A DNA stretch of 64,000 bases from Silvanigrellaceae bacterium (GCA_049423385.1 JBMSQQ010000001.1:25492-89491), one strand, 5' to 3'. Shown: positions 26,216-36,904, counted from the first letter of the stretch. The notes: generated by a model from the sequence alone, not told the origin. Translations and numbers: made by a program.

Positions 26216-27438
26216 TGCCACCTGCGGCAGCGGAGAATTCCAACTCCATACATTCGATTGGCAATCATGACACCGCGCCTGCGCTGATGCTCGTGAGAAT
26301 ATCGGCGATTGGCGACACAATTCTGGCCTCGCGAACCCATCGCTGGGCACTCGAAAAGGGTTATCGCCCATTTCTCGTCACCCATGCCAGCAATGTGTCG
26401 TTGCTCAATTGCATGCCGCTACTGGCAGGTGCCTGTCTTGTTGGCGATCACGATTTTAAATTTCTGCTGAAGCAAAACGAAAATCCTGATTTCAAGGAAG
26501 TCGATGAAAAACAGTTTTCCGAGGCGATCCGCAGCGCCAACAAACCCACAAGTCACACCACAGCCAAACCGCTTCATCAGATCATTCACCTTGCAGATCT
26601 GCAAGCCACGCGTCGCAGCAGGCGAACCATACAACAACTGAAAAAACGCCTTGCTCCCTTGGGAATTTCATTTCGCCGCCATGAGGTGAGCAAAATCACA
26701 TTCTGGCGCGTTCTCCTCGTGGTTTGGTGTTTTCTGCGATTCAAACAACGTGCAGGGTTGAATCCACCCCTCTGGCTTCGCAGAAAGCTCAAACCCGTCT
26801 ATCGACTTCAGAAAACACTGTTGGATGAATTGCCCTCACTGCCTCCTGTCGGCCGCCCGGACTCCGGCACACGGGTTTTGAAATCCCCAAGCACGGACGT
26901 GGGGCAACCGCATGGACTCGAACCAAACGACAAACATATCGTCCTGCTGCTCGGATCGAGTCACAAGTTGAAAAGTTGGCCACAAGCCCACTTCCGAAAG
27001 CTCACTGAATTGATACTCGCGAGGACTTCGTTGCAAATCGTGTTGTGCGGGGGAAAAGAGGATCACTTGGTGGCCAACTACCTGGCGTACCTCAATCCTT
27101 CAAGAATCATCGATCTTGCCGGAAAAACTCCACTTTCAGAGACCTTGTTGTTGATTCAAAAAGCCAGCTATGTGGTTACCGGCGATTCGTTCGGCAGCCA
27201 CGCTGCCGATCTGTTGGGTACCCCGGCAAGTGTTCTGTTTGGTGCCACGCACCCCCTGCTGGGCTTTGCTCCCGAGAGTCCTCACGTCACAATTCACCAC
27301 AAAGGGTATTCATGCAGCCCTTGCAGTCGCCATGGTCAGGGAGAGTGCAGATACAAAAATATTCGCTGCTTAACGACCATCACACCTGAAGAAGTCTTCT
27401 CGAAAATCGAGCAAGTTCTGGCTCGCAACGGTCAATAG
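26212..27438 (+). CDS. GT9 glycosyltransferase (LPS heptosyltransferase-like)
   Basis: RISAIGD, KSWP, DLAGKT.L, TGDS..SHAA, LFGAT, C-terminal CSPC..C..C motif. Confidence 0.85.
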   Translation: MMPPAAAENSNSIHSIGNHDTAPALMLVRISAIGDTILASRTHRWALEKGYRPFLVTHASNVSLLNCMPLLAGACLVGDHDFKFLLKQNENPDFKEVDEKQFSEAIRSANKPTSHTTAKPLHQIIHLADLQATRRSRRTIQQLKKRLAPLGISFRRHEVSKITFWRVLLVVWCFLRFKQRAGLNPPLWLRRKLKPVYRLQKTLLDELPSLPPVGRPDSGTRVLKSPSTDVGQPHGLEPNDKHIVLLLGSSHKLKSWPQAHFRKLTELILARTSLQIVLCGGKEDHLVANYLAYLNPSRIIDLAGKTPLSETLLLIQKASYVVTGDSFGSHAADLLGTPASVLFGATHPLLGFAPESPHVTIHHKGYSCSPCSRHGQGECRYKNIRCLTTITPEEVFSKIEQVLARNGQ

Positions 27439-27525
27439 ACTGACGCTCCTCTGCCAGACGGTTGACTCTTGACCTTTCAAATCCGCGAAAATCAATGAAA
27501 ATCAAGTCAAGGGGGTATTTGTGGT

Positions 27526-28356
27526 TTGCTGAACAATGTTCGCTGCACAAAACAAATTCAGCTCGGCGCTGTGGCATTGATTGCTGCGGTTGCGAATTTG
27601 TTTGCCTGCACGAAAAGCAAAACCCTGCCCGCTGTCGAACAAGACACCCTGACCATCGATATGTCAATGCATGATTTTGCGAGCGATGGTTACTCCATTC
27701 TCAACGGAGGTTGGAGCGGAGTCGACTTCAAGGGTCATGTTCTGCCTGACGATCGATACGGAAAAGAAAATTTCATCCAATTCGAAATCGAGCCAAAGCA
27801 GATTCAATTCTTTACTTTGGACATTGAATCCCGCGCCGGAATCCTTCCGCTCGCGACTGCTGATGATTCAAGCAAGACAGAGTCTTCCCTGTCAGAACTC
27901 ATTCGCAGCGATGCGAACGTCAATTCAGCCAACGCGTTGATGTCCTTTATAAGACTCGGTGCTTTGGCAAAGGACTACAACATCGGCACGCCCAAACCAA
28001 TCACACTGCCTTTCACCATAGTGACAAATCGCGATGAGTTGCCCTATTCGCCCAAGCCAAACGCAGGGCCCGAGTGGAACCAGTTCATTCGTGACTATTG
28101 TGGCGGTTTCCAAAACCCACAGCTGGGCTTCATCTGGTTGGACGGAAACAGGAAATACTGTTTGAAAGTTTGGAAAGGCCCTACACGGCAACTGATGCGC
28201 ATGCGTGCGCTGGTCAGTTTGCCACGAAGCCACACATCGAGCGCTCTCGATGCGCGGGTCAGTCCGTGGATCACCTTCACACGCCCGGTGACTCAACCCA
28301 ATCCGTCACCCGTTGTTGAACCAAATCCAACCTCAACTGAAGCTTCCAAAAAATAA
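27526..28356 (+). CDS. Hypothetical lipoprotein
   Basis: Signal with lipobox LFAC; no recognised domain; start uncertain. Confidence 0.65.
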   Translation: MLNNVRCTKQIQLGAVALIAAVANLFACTKSKTLPAVEQDTLTIDMSMHDFASDGYSILNGGWSGVDFKGHVLPDDRYGKENFIQFEIEPKQIQFFTLDIESRAGILPLATADDSSKTESSLSELIRSDANVNSANALMSFIRLGALAKDYNIGTPKPITLPFTIVTNRDELPYSPKPNAGPEWNQFIRDYCGGFQNPQLGFIWLDGNRKYCLKVWKGPTRQLMRMRALVSLPRSHTSSALDARVSPWITFTRPVTQPNPSPVVEPNPTSTEASKK

Positions 28357-29838
28357 TCAGACAACGGCCCAAATTGCGGGGTCCTCTCCAAGCCAGAAAA
28401 TGATGTCGGCCAATGAGGCGCGACCACGGACAAACGGAGAAAACCGAATCGCCCAGCGGAACTCCTGTGCGGTTGCCGCCCGCGACAATTCCTCGGGGAT
28501 GATCGGCAGGCCAGACTTTTCCAACAGCTCGCGCATTTCATCTGCGGAAATAACCAGGCTCCTCAGATGTTGACGAGTCTCCAGCCAATGCTTTTCGAAA
28601 TCTGAACACCTGTCCTGAACGGCAACCCATCGCCGATGCTTTGCGAGATAGTCCCCCGAAAAAATTTCACATGCGCGATCGATTCCGGACTGCAATCCAG
28701 CCAAAGCCTGCTTGCGTTCTTCGGACGACAATACGGCCTCCGCTGGACCAAAATAGGGAGCGTTCAGAAGCATCTGACCAATCATCCGCTTCAAGTGATC
28801 TTCTGAAAGTATGCGTCGACCCTGCAAAGAAATTGTTTCCATCGCCAGCAATTGATCAAACGAATGCGCACTTGCAAGGCTCGCAAGCGCAACCTGCTCT
28901 CCGTGCCAACACAAATTCCTTTTTCCCGTGAGACGCAGAAAATCGAGTGCATGGCTGATGGTGTGTTCATAACCGCTGAGTGGAGTGGTTTCTCCAGAGA
29001 CAGACATGGCTATCCCGGCCATCGATAAAATAGCCGAAAGTTTTTCCATCGCATTGTTCGAAACGGGCCAATGCTTCAGTTCAGGTGCACAGTCCTTGAG
29101 CTCACGTGCAAATGCGTCCATCAATCGCCAGGCCAGTTCGTCGTAACGTTCTGCGACTCCAAACCGCCAGGCAAGATACCAATCTCCATAAGCAACAAAT
29201 CTCGCAAGGAGATCGCCATATCCTGCGCGGGTCATTTCCAGCGGTGCCGACGAGAGCACAGGCGCGAACCAAAAGCAGCAATCCACTCTGCGAGACATGC
29301 GGGTGCGCTTTGCACCTGCTTCCTCAAGCACCGCGAAATGCGATGTGAATGCTGTGACCGTCAACGCTGTTGGCAACACAAGGAAAGGAACATCCTGCCA
29401 CTGGAGTTCATATAAAGCGTGCTTGACGATATCCGTGACAGAGCCACTGCCAACAACCAACACCGGCACTGGCTTCATCTGCCCCAGCCGGCTTTTGACC
29501 TGCTGAACAGCCTCGGTTGATGCATGCACTTCCTCGGGTCGACAATTTGCAACATCTGCAATCGACAAATGTTCCATTGGGATTTTAAGTACAGAAAGAC
29601 TCTGGGCAACGAGTTCATCGATTTCGAGATCATCACAACCTGAATTTTTGCTGACACCATCAGACAAAACCAGAAGCGAAGGGATATTCCGTGCAGAAAA
29701 AAATGAGCCCAGGGCCTGAATCAGTTCATGCCGGTTTCTTGAAAAGATGTTTTCAGTCGGCTCGGAAACCTGTTCCTCTGGAAGCAAACGGCTGAGCGTT
29801 TCTTTCAGCAACGTAAAATATTTGGATGACTGATTCAT
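28357..29838 (-). CDS. sn-glycerol-1-phosphate dehydrogenase-like protein (EgsA/AraM family, DHQS/Fe-ADH superfamily)
   Basis: VGSGSVTDIVK, PTA, AGYGDLLA, SGYEHTISHALD, HGEQVA metal-binding motifs. Confidence 0.78.
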   Translation of the reverse strand: MNQSSKYFTLLKETLSRLLPEEQVSEPTENIFSRNRHELIQALGSFFSARNIPSLLVLSDGVSKNSGCDDLEIDELVAQSLSVLKIPMEHLSIADVANCRPEEVHASTEAVQQVKSRLGQMKPVPVLVVGSGSVTDIVKHALYELQWQDVPFLVLPTALTVTAFTSHFAVLEEAGAKRTRMSRRVDCCFWFAPVLSSAPLEMTRAGYGDLLARFVAYGDWYLAWRFGVAERYDELAWRLMDAFARELKDCAPELKHWPVSNNAMEKLSAILSMAGIAMSVSGETTPLSGYEHTISHALDFLRLTGKRNLCWHGEQVALASLASAHSFDQLLAMETISLQGRRILSEDHLKRMIGQMLLNAPYFGPAEAVLSSEERKQALAGLQSGIDRACEIFSGDYLAKHRRWVAVQDRCSDFEKHWLETRQHLRSLVISADEMRELLEKSGLPIIPEELSRAATAQEFRWAIRFSPFVRGRASLADIIFWLGEDPAIWAVV

Positions 29839-29867
29839 GATGGTTCACCCATGCAATGCCGTGTGGT

Positions 29868-30689
29868 TCAACCCGGGCGCGCTTGCGCGAGCCTCAAACG
29901 CATCAGACAGTACGCACAAAAAGCCACAATGAGAAGTGAAATTCCACTGGAAGTCGAAAGCTGTGTACCAGGGAAAAATCCGCGCGGATCACCTCGAAAA
30001 CCCTCATTGAAAAAGCGATGGGCAGATGTCAGGAGAGCAAGCCATGCAGCCGTTCGTCCGGAACGAACAGGCGAGGTGGGAGAATAGGATTTCCGCAACA
30101 TCGACAACCCGAAAACGCCAATCACAAGGCAAGCAATGCTCTCTTCGAGCTGCACAGGGAAGCGATATATTCCACCATCCTGGAGAACATCGAATTTCAC
30201 TGACCACCAGGGAGGCTGTGATTGATTGGCAACCGGAACTCCGTAGTCATCGCCATTCAAAAAACAGCCAATCCGCCCCACCGCGAGCGCAAAGACGCCG
30301 CCCAGGACTCCCAGATCGAGCGCCATTTTAAGATCCAGGGCGCGCCGTTTTGCGTAGATGCTGCCAAACAATACAGCGGCACAGGCACCGCCGTAAAAGG
30401 TCATCGGCCCAATCGAAAAGAGTTCCTTGAAGAATTGAAAAAACGTTGAGACCTCAAATTGCTCGACGGCGATACTCAAAGCACGTGCACCAAACCAACC
30501 TGACAGATAACAAACAACGAACAAGTTGCTGAGAGCGTCCAAAAAAGGCTGGGCTGGGGCATGCCCAAGGTTCAACAATCGACGAGCTGCCAAAAGAGTA
30601 AAAACATATGCCGTCAGCGCAGCCAGAACAAAAAAGAAATGCCAGGATGGCACACCCCAGCCTAAAATTTCAAAAAGGATTGGACGCAC
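29868..30689 (-). CDS. lgt: Prolipoprotein diacylglyceryl transferase
   Basis: FYGG, GRIGCFLNGDDYG, P.QL.E, RFFNEGFRGD. GTG start after AGGAG. Confidence 0.88.
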   Translation of the reverse strand: MRPILFEILGWGVPSWHFFFVLAALTAYVFTLLAARRLLNLGHAPAQPFLDALSNLFVVCYLSGWFGARALSIAVEQFEVSTFFQFFKELFSIGPMTFYGGACAAVLFGSIYAKRRALDLKMALDLGVLGGVFALAVGRIGCFLNGDDYGVPVANQSQPPWWSVKFDVLQDGGIYRFPVQLEESIACLVIGVFGLSMLRKSYSPTSPVRSGRTAAWLALLTSAHRFFNEGFRGDPRGFFPGTQLSTSSGISLLIVAFCAYCLMRLRLAQARPG

Positions 30690-30742
30690 AAAATCTCCTG
30701 CCCGCAACAACAATCCAGGAATTCAAACGGGCGGGCCTGAAC

Positions 30743-32353
30743 TCAATGGGTCGCGTGGGCTCTTGGCGAATCGATGACAGCTTTCGAAGCAGGTTCGGTT
30801 GCTTTTTCTGTTGTTGCTTTTTGCACCGAGACTTCCCGAGCAAATGTTGGGTTGATCGACGCCACCCAGCGCGGGCCAATCAAACCCACAACAAGGCTGG
30901 CCACCGCCACGATTCCCACCAGGACACGAACGTCGCGCGCATCTTCACTTTCCTGTGGATTGACGGAACTGCGTGTCGCAGGCTTGAGCCAGATCTCGAC
31001 CAACAGCGAAAGATAATAGAAAAGCGAGATGCAACTCAGAACCACCATGACGATCGCAAGACCAATCAATCCCACCGAGACGGCAGAGTTGATCAACATG
31101 AACTTGCCGAAGAAGCCCGCTGCAGGAGGTATACCCGCAAGACCAAGGATAAAGATGGTCAGGCAGGTTGCGACAAACGGCGCACGCTTGCCCAGCCCAG
31201 ACAATTCTTCCTTGAGGAGATCCTCGCGACTGCTATCCTCAAGCCAAGCCAAGATTGAAAACATTCCCAGATTCAAAATCGTGTAGATGGCTGTGTAAGC
31301 AAGAAGAGCCTGACGAGCTTCGACACTTTTTGGCGAGACTGCGAGCGTTGCAAAAGCCAAACAAAAATATCCGGCATTGGCGATCGATGAATACGCAAGC
31401 ATGCGCTTGACACTGTTGTGCACGAGACCGAAAATCGAGCCCACGAGAATTGAGAGGGTGGCCATAATCCAGAAGACTCTTGCCAACCAATCACCACTTT
31501 CAGCGCTTCCAAAACCGTTGCCCAGGATGCGCAAAAGCACCAGCACGATGCCAACCTTGACCAAGGTGGACATGTAGCCCGTCAAGGTCGAATGTGCTCC
31601 TTGATAGACATCAGGACCCCAGGTGTGAAACGGTGCAACACCCAGCTTGAACGCCAATCCACAGACAAAAAGCAACAGGCCTATAACGGCAAACGGATTG
31701 CTCAAAGAAACGTTCAAGGTTGCGAAATCGGCCCAACGCAGCGAACCGATGTTCAAATAAATCAGCGCCATGCCCATGAGGATAATTGCAGAGGCAGTCG
31801 CGCCCATGAGGAAGTACTTAACAGCCGCTTCAAGGCCGCGCATGTCCTGACGCTGATATCCGACGAGAACATAGAGCGAGACGCTCATGAGTTCGAGTCC
31901 GGTGAAGAACGTCATGAACTCGCCCGCCGATGCCAAAATCATGATCCCTGCCGACGCAAACATCAGCAGGCAAACAAGTTCCGGACGCAACAGTTGACGA
32001 CCGTTGTTTGAAATTTCAGCCATAAAAAGAGTGAACATGGTGCCAAGGCCAACAATCAGAAATGCGAATTGACTGATTTGATCTCCGAGGAATCCGCTTC
32101 CAAGCCACGCAGGCGGCTGGGCAATATTTCCTCCGAAAGATCCGGGCGCGCTCAGCAGCAACAAAGGAACAATGACGGCAGGAAAACAACTGATGAATCC
32201 AACCTGATAGGCGAGCATGTTGGGCCTGTCGGGATTGCCTTTGAAGACACCCGCGATCAAAGCCACGAGACCACCCACGAGCAGCGAAAGAATCGGCGCT
32301 GCATGCAGGTAGAATTCAAGCGGTGGGAAAACCAGATTCAAACTCTCAGTCAT
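30743..32353 (-). CDS. nuoN: NADH-quinone oxidoreductase subunit N
   Basis: EAAVKYF, FKLGVAPFHTWGPDVYQGA, KRMLAYSSI, LAGIPP..GFFGKF. Confidence 0.95.
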   Translation of the reverse strand: MTESLNLVFPPLEFYLHAAPILSLLVGGLVALIAGVFKGNPDRPNMLAYQVGFISCFPAVIVPLLLLSAPGSFGGNIAQPPAWLGSGFLGDQISQFAFLIVGLGTMFTLFMAEISNNGRQLLRPELVCLLMFASAGIMILASAGEFMTFFTGLELMSVSLYVLVGYQRQDMRGLEAAVKYFLMGATASAIILMGMALIYLNIGSLRWADFATLNVSLSNPFAVIGLLLFVCGLAFKLGVAPFHTWGPDVYQGAHSTLTGYMSTLVKVGIVLVLLRILGNGFGSAESGDWLARVFWIMATLSILVGSIFGLVHNSVKRMLAYSSIANAGYFCLAFATLAVSPKSVEARQALLAYTAIYTILNLGMFSILAWLEDSSREDLLKEELSGLGKRAPFVATCLTIFILGLAGIPPAAGFFGKFMLINSAVSVGLIGLAIVMVVLSCISLFYYLSLLVEIWLKPATRSSVNPQESEDARDVRVLVGIVAVASLVVGLIGPRWVASINPTFAREVSVQKATTEKATEPASKAVIDSPRAHATH

Positions 32354-32410
32354 CACATTCACTCCCGGATCACTCTGCGATTTGCATTCAATCCATCAAA
32401 CTGGGGGATC

Positions 32411-33979
32411 TTAACGTTGCATCATCACCTTGAGGGGCTCATTTGATCCCCTGTGGATGACGAGCTCTGTTTTGTAGGCCTCTTTCGCATTGACGCTTTC
32501 TTGCAGCTTTTTCATTGTCGGCTCGGTGTGTGCGAGCATGGGCGTCGACAAAAAGCCAGTGGCAAAAACAAAGACGGACAATGTTCCCAAAACGAACGCT
32601 TCGCGCGGGGAGCAGTCAGCCAGCTTCTTGTTCTCTTCGTTGTTGAGTGGTCCCCAGACAACTTTTAGAACCAGCCAAAGCATATAAATCGCACCCAGAA
32701 TCACGCCTGTTCCTGCCAGGACCGCCATCGTTGGCGAAGACTGGAAAACGCCATTCAGAATCAACCACTCGCCAATGAATCCACCGGTGCCGGGCAGTGC
32801 CACGGATCCCATGGTCGCGACCACAAAGAAAAACGCATACCAGGGCATCTGCTTTGCCAGCCCGCCGTATTCGCTCATTTCGCGAGTGTGGCGGCGCTCA
32901 TAAACAACACCAATCAAAAGGAACAGAGCGCCGGTGGACACGCCGTGATTGACCATCTGGTACAACGCGCCGGTGAATCCCAACTCATTGAAAGCAAACA
33001 TACCGGCAACAACGAAGCCAAGGTGGCTCACAGATGAGTAGGCGACGAGTTTCTTGATGTCGGTTTGCCGCCATGCGATCAGCGCACCATAAATAATGCC
33101 GATCACACCCAGGGCAATCATCACGGGGGCCGCCTGATGAGCAGCCTCGGGAAACATCGGGATGCTCATGCGCATGAGCCCATAGGTACCCATTTTCAAA
33201 AGCACACCCGCCAGAATCACGGAACCGGGAGTGGGCGCCTGAACGTGGGCATCCGGCAACCAGGTATGGAACGGGAAGAGGGGGACCTTGATTGCAAATG
33301 CAAGGGCAGTTGCCGAGAACAACCAAAGCTGAACATCAGCCGGCAGTCCGGCAGCCGTCTTGTAGAGCTCGATGAGGCTCGTCGAGAAGACTCCGTTTTG
33401 CTGGTAGTGCGCGTAGTATAGATACGAGAACGCAACGAGCATCAATAGACTTCCGACAACCGTATAAATGAAGAACTTGGTTGTTGCGTAAATGCGATCC
33501 TTGCCACCCCAGACGCCGATGATGAAATACATCGGGATCAGCATCGCTTCCCAGAAAACATAAAACAAAACGAGGTCAAGGCTCACCAGGGCGCCAATCA
33601 TGGCCGACTCAAGGAACAGGAACAGCGCCAAAAACGATTTCACGTTGCTTTCAATGGAAGAATAACTTGAAAGAAAAACCAGCGGACAGATGATCGTGGT
33701 CAGCATGACCAAAAGGAGACTGAGACCATCAACACCCACGGTGTATCGAATCCCGGTTCCTCGCGGCAACCACGCGAGGTCCTGCGCAAATTGCATGGCT
33801 GAGGAGTCAGGATTGAAATGCGCCAACAGGTGAAACGAAAAAATCATTTCGAGTACCGAGATGATCACCGCCAGATGGCGAGCCTTTTGCGCATCCTTGG
33901 TGAACGCAACCAGAACTGCACCCAAAAGCGGGAAGAAGATGAGCAGAGAGAGAATCCACTGCGATATCAACGAGACCAT
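32411..33979 (-). CDS. nuoM: NADH-quinone oxidoreductase subunit M
   Basis: FYVFWE, KVPLFPFHTWLPDAHVQAP, LLKMG.YG, AYSSVSH, LPGT.GF.GE. Confidence 0.96.
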   Translation of the reverse strand: MVSLISQWILSLLIFFPLLGAVLVAFTKDAQKARHLAVIISVLEMIFSFHLLAHFNPDSSAMQFAQDLAWLPRGTGIRYTVGVDGLSLLLVMLTTIICPLVFLSSYSSIESNVKSFLALFLFLESAMIGALVSLDLVLFYVFWEAMLIPMYFIIGVWGGKDRIYATTKFFIYTVVGSLLMLVAFSYLYYAHYQQNGVFSTSLIELYKTAAGLPADVQLWLFSATALAFAIKVPLFPFHTWLPDAHVQAPTPGSVILAGVLLKMGTYGLMRMSIPMFPEAAHQAAPVMIALGVIGIIYGALIAWRQTDIKKLVAYSSVSHLGFVVAGMFAFNELGFTGALYQMVNHGVSTGALFLLIGVVYERRHTREMSEYGGLAKQMPWYAFFFVVATMGSVALPGTGGFIGEWLILNGVFQSSPTMAVLAGTGVILGAIYMLWLVLKVVWGPLNNEENKKLADCSPREAFVLGTLSVFVFATGFLSTPMLAHTEPTMKKLQESVNAKEAYKTELVIHRGSNEPLKVMMQR

Positions 33980-34013
33980 AAAACGTCATTCTCCTTGAAG
34001 AGCGCGGCTGCCT

Positions 34014-36011
34014 TCAGAGCAAAATCCACGCGCACAGAGCTACCACTCCGATGAAAACCAGTTTGAGATAATTGCGCACAAGTCCCGACTGGACATCGCT
34101 GAGCACCGAAGTCACGAGATAGATACCGCGCGGACCTTCGTTGATGATTCCTTCGATGACAGCCCTGTCGCCAACCTTGAAAAACACGTCCCCGACGCGC
34201 TTGAGCGGTTCGACGATGACCGCCTGATAAAGTTCGTCGATTCTCCACTTGTCGAGAATGAGGTTGTAGAGTCCGCCCACGGCCTTGGCGATCGCATCGC
34301 CTCCCTTGGGACCCGCCTTGTAAAGCGAAATGGCAAAACCACTCATGACCAACATGATCAACGTCGAAGTGCCCATCAAGCCCCATTCCAGAGCCGCAGA
34401 GCCATGACTCTCACCACGCGATGCTTCCATGACTTTCTTTGCACTTTCAAGCACCGGCGAGAGCCATTGGGTGATGAGATTTTCGTTCGCATGAATGCCA
34501 AGGACATGCATGATGGCATGTGGCATCGAAACATAACCACCCACGATTGAAAGCAATGCCAAAAGCATCAAAGGCAGGGTCATCGCCCATGGGTTTTCAT
34601 GAACCTCATGATGATGGTGGTGATCATCGTGACCATGGCCATGATGATGGGCATGGTCAGTGCGGCTCTTTCCGAAGAAAACCAGATAGGTCAGCCGCAC
34701 CATGTAAAAGCTCGTGCATGCTGCAGCGCAGGCGCCCAATGCCCACAACAATGGATGACCGAATGGTCCAGTCCACGCGTAGTAAAGAATTTCGTCTTTT
34801 GAAAAGAAGCCAGACAATCCCGGAAAGCCGATGATGGCGAGCGTGCCAATCACAAAGGTCCAACCGGTGATGGGCATCTTTTTGATGAGGCCGCCCATCT
34901 TTCGGATGTCCTGCTCGTGGTGCATTGCGTAAATCACGCTGCCGGCCCCAAGGAACAACAATGCCTTGAAGAACGCGTGAGTCATGAGGTGGGCAACACC
35001 AAATTGGAACGCTCCCACTCCGCAGCCCAGAACCATGAAACCGAGCTGGCTGACGGTCGAGTAGGCCAAAACTTTCTTGATGTCGTTCTGAACCAGGCCA
35101 ATGGTGGCAGCAAACAGCGCAGTGCATGCACCAATCACCGCAATTGTGGTCATCGCTGTTGGACTATGAACGAGCAAGAAGCTCATGCGGGTCATCAGGT
35201 AGATTCCGGAGGTCACCATCGTTGCCGCGTGAATGAGTGCCGACACGGGAGTCGGACCCGCCATTGCGTCCGGCAGCCATATATAGAGCGGCAGCTGCGC
35301 AGATTTACCCGTCACACCCAGAAGGAGGCAAAGACCAATGGCAGTGACAAGGGGAGCATTGTTGGCAGCCAATTCATTTGTCAGAGACTCGGCAATGCGT
35401 GAATAATCGAGTGTTCCAAAAAGCTTGACCGACAGGAACATCGCAATCAAGAAGCCAAGGTCACCCACACGATTGGCAACAAATGCCTTCATGCCCGCGC
35501 GTGCATTGGCCTCATCGGAATACCAATAGCCAATCAGCAAATAGGAACAGACTCCAACCCCTTCCCAACCGAGGAAGGTGACAACCATGTTGGAACCCAA
35601 GACCAGCGAAAGCATCGAAAAGACAAACAGGTTGAGATACGAGAAAAAGCGGTAGACGCCTTCTTCGTGCGACATGTATTCACCTGCATAAAGGTGAATC
35701 AAGCTACCCACTCCCGTGATGATCAACAGCAGAATTCCAGACAGACGATCGACAGCAAGGCCGAATGGAACTTCCAGGCGCCCACCGTTGAATGGCAAAG
35801 AGATCCACGTGAACAAATCCGTTTTCACGGTTTCACCGGCGGCCACCGGACCAAAAACCAGAAAACAAGACAACACAAAAGGAATGGCGATGGCCAGGGT
35901 CGCCACGGTGACTGTCACGGAGCGCGGAACCTTGCGCAGGAAGAATCCGTTGAGCAAAGATCCCACAAGCGGAATGAGAAGTACGGCTGCCAACATCGCT
36001 TGAAAGTTCAT
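34014..36011 (-). CDS. nuoL: NADH-quinone oxidoreductase subunit L
   Basis: GWEGVG, NRVGD, KSAQLPL..WLPDAMAGPTPVSALIHAATMV, HAFFKALLFL. Confidence 0.97.
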   Translation of the reverse strand: MNFQAMLAAVLLIPLVGSLLNGFFLRKVPRSVTVTVATLAIAIPFVLSCFLVFGPVAAGETVKTDLFTWISLPFNGGRLEVPFGLAVDRLSGILLLIITGVGSLIHLYAGEYMSHEEGVYRFFSYLNLFVFSMLSLVLGSNMVVTFLGWEGVGVCSYLLIGYWYSDEANARAGMKAFVANRVGDLGFLIAMFLSVKLFGTLDYSRIAESLTNELAANNAPLVTAIGLCLLLGVTGKSAQLPLYIWLPDAMAGPTPVSALIHAATMVTSGIYLMTRMSFLLVHSPTAMTTIAVIGACTALFAATIGLVQNDIKKVLAYSTVSQLGFMVLGCGVGAFQFGVAHLMTHAFFKALLFLGAGSVIYAMHHEQDIRKMGGLIKKMPITGWTFVIGTLAIIGFPGLSGFFSKDEILYYAWTGPFGHPLLWALGACAAACTSFYMVRLTYLVFFGKSRTDHAHHHGHGHDDHHHHHEVHENPWAMTLPLMLLALLSIVGGYVSMPHAIMHVLGIHANENLITQWLSPVLESAKKVMEASRGESHGSAALEWGLMGTSTLIMLVMSGFAISLYKAGPKGGDAIAKAVGGLYNLILDKWRIDELYQAVIVEPLKRVGDVFFKVGDRAVIEGIINEGPRGIYLVTSVLSDVQSGLVRNYLKLVFIGVVALCAWILL

Positions 36012-36015
36012 GTGA

Positions 36016-36321
36016 TTATCCCCTCAATGCCTTCAAGTCATCGGCTTCAATGGATGCCTTTGAACGATATAGCGAAATGATCAGTGCCAAACCCACCGCC
36101 GCTTCACATGCAGCAACGGCCATCACAAAAAACATGACCACCTGTCCGTCCATGGTGTTGGTCAACTTGCTTGCACAAACGAATGCGAGATTGGCCGCAT
36201 TGAGCAGGATTTCCACGCTCAACATCATGAATAGGATGTTCTTGCGGAACATCACTCCGGCGAGTCCAACCAGAAACATCAGAAAGGAAAAATAGAGACC
36301 GAGTTCAGGCAGCGTTAGCAT
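36016..36321 (-). CDS. nuoK: NADH-quinone oxidoreductase subunit K
   Basis: SVEILLNAANL, VAACEAAVGLA. Confidence 0.95.
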   Translation of the reverse strand: MLTLPELGLYFSFLMFLVGLAGVMFRKNILFMMLSVEILLNAANLAFVCASKLTNTMDGQVVMFFVMAVAACEAAVGLALIISLYRSKASIEADDLKALRG

Positions 36322-36874
36322 TTTCGGCGCCCCTCTTCTTGGAAATCACAACTGCGCCAATCACGGCTGCCATGATAAGAAAACTGATCAATTCAAATGC
36401 CCACAAGTATTCGACGAACATTGTGGCTGCAACGTTCTTCACGTTCTCTTCAGCCGGAAAAATCGGCCGATGCAATGCCAAGGTGGTATCCGGCTTTTGC
36501 AGACCAAGAGCTTCCACACCCGTGGTCAACAATCCATGTCCCACCTTGGTGCCGAGAGCCAAGGCCACAAGCACCGCGATGGCGGAAAGAATCATTTCAC
36601 CGACCGTAATTCCACCGTAGCGCAATTCCTCGGGTGGCAGGTTGAGCAACATGATCACGAAAACGAACACAACCATGATTGCGCCCGCGTAGACGATAAT
36701 CTGGGCGGCAGCAGCAAAATGCGCATCCAGCAGACCAAACATTCCGGCAAGCAGGGTCATGACGCCAATCAAAACCATGGCTGCACTCACAGGCCAACGG
36801 CGCGTAATCATCACGCCCGACAGCAGGACTGCCGCGATTCCCATGACGACGAAAGAAACCAAAGTCAGATCCAT
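36305..36874 (-). CDS. nuoJ: NADH-quinone oxidoreductase subunit J
   Basis: QIIVYAGAIMV.F.FVIMLL, FELIS..I..A.IGA. Confidence 0.93.
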   Translation of the reverse strand: MDLTLVSFVVMGIAAVLLSGVMITRRWPVSAAMVLIGVMTLLAGMFGLLDAHFAAAAQIIVYAGAIMVVFVFVIMLLNLPPEELRYGGITVGEMILSAIAVLVALALGTKVGHGLLTTGVEALGLQKPDTTLALHRPIFPAEENVKNVAATMFVEYLWAFELISFLIMAAVIGAVVISKKRGAENANAA

Positions 36875-36904
36875 TCAAATATCCTCGCGTTCGAAGCGAT
36901 GGCC

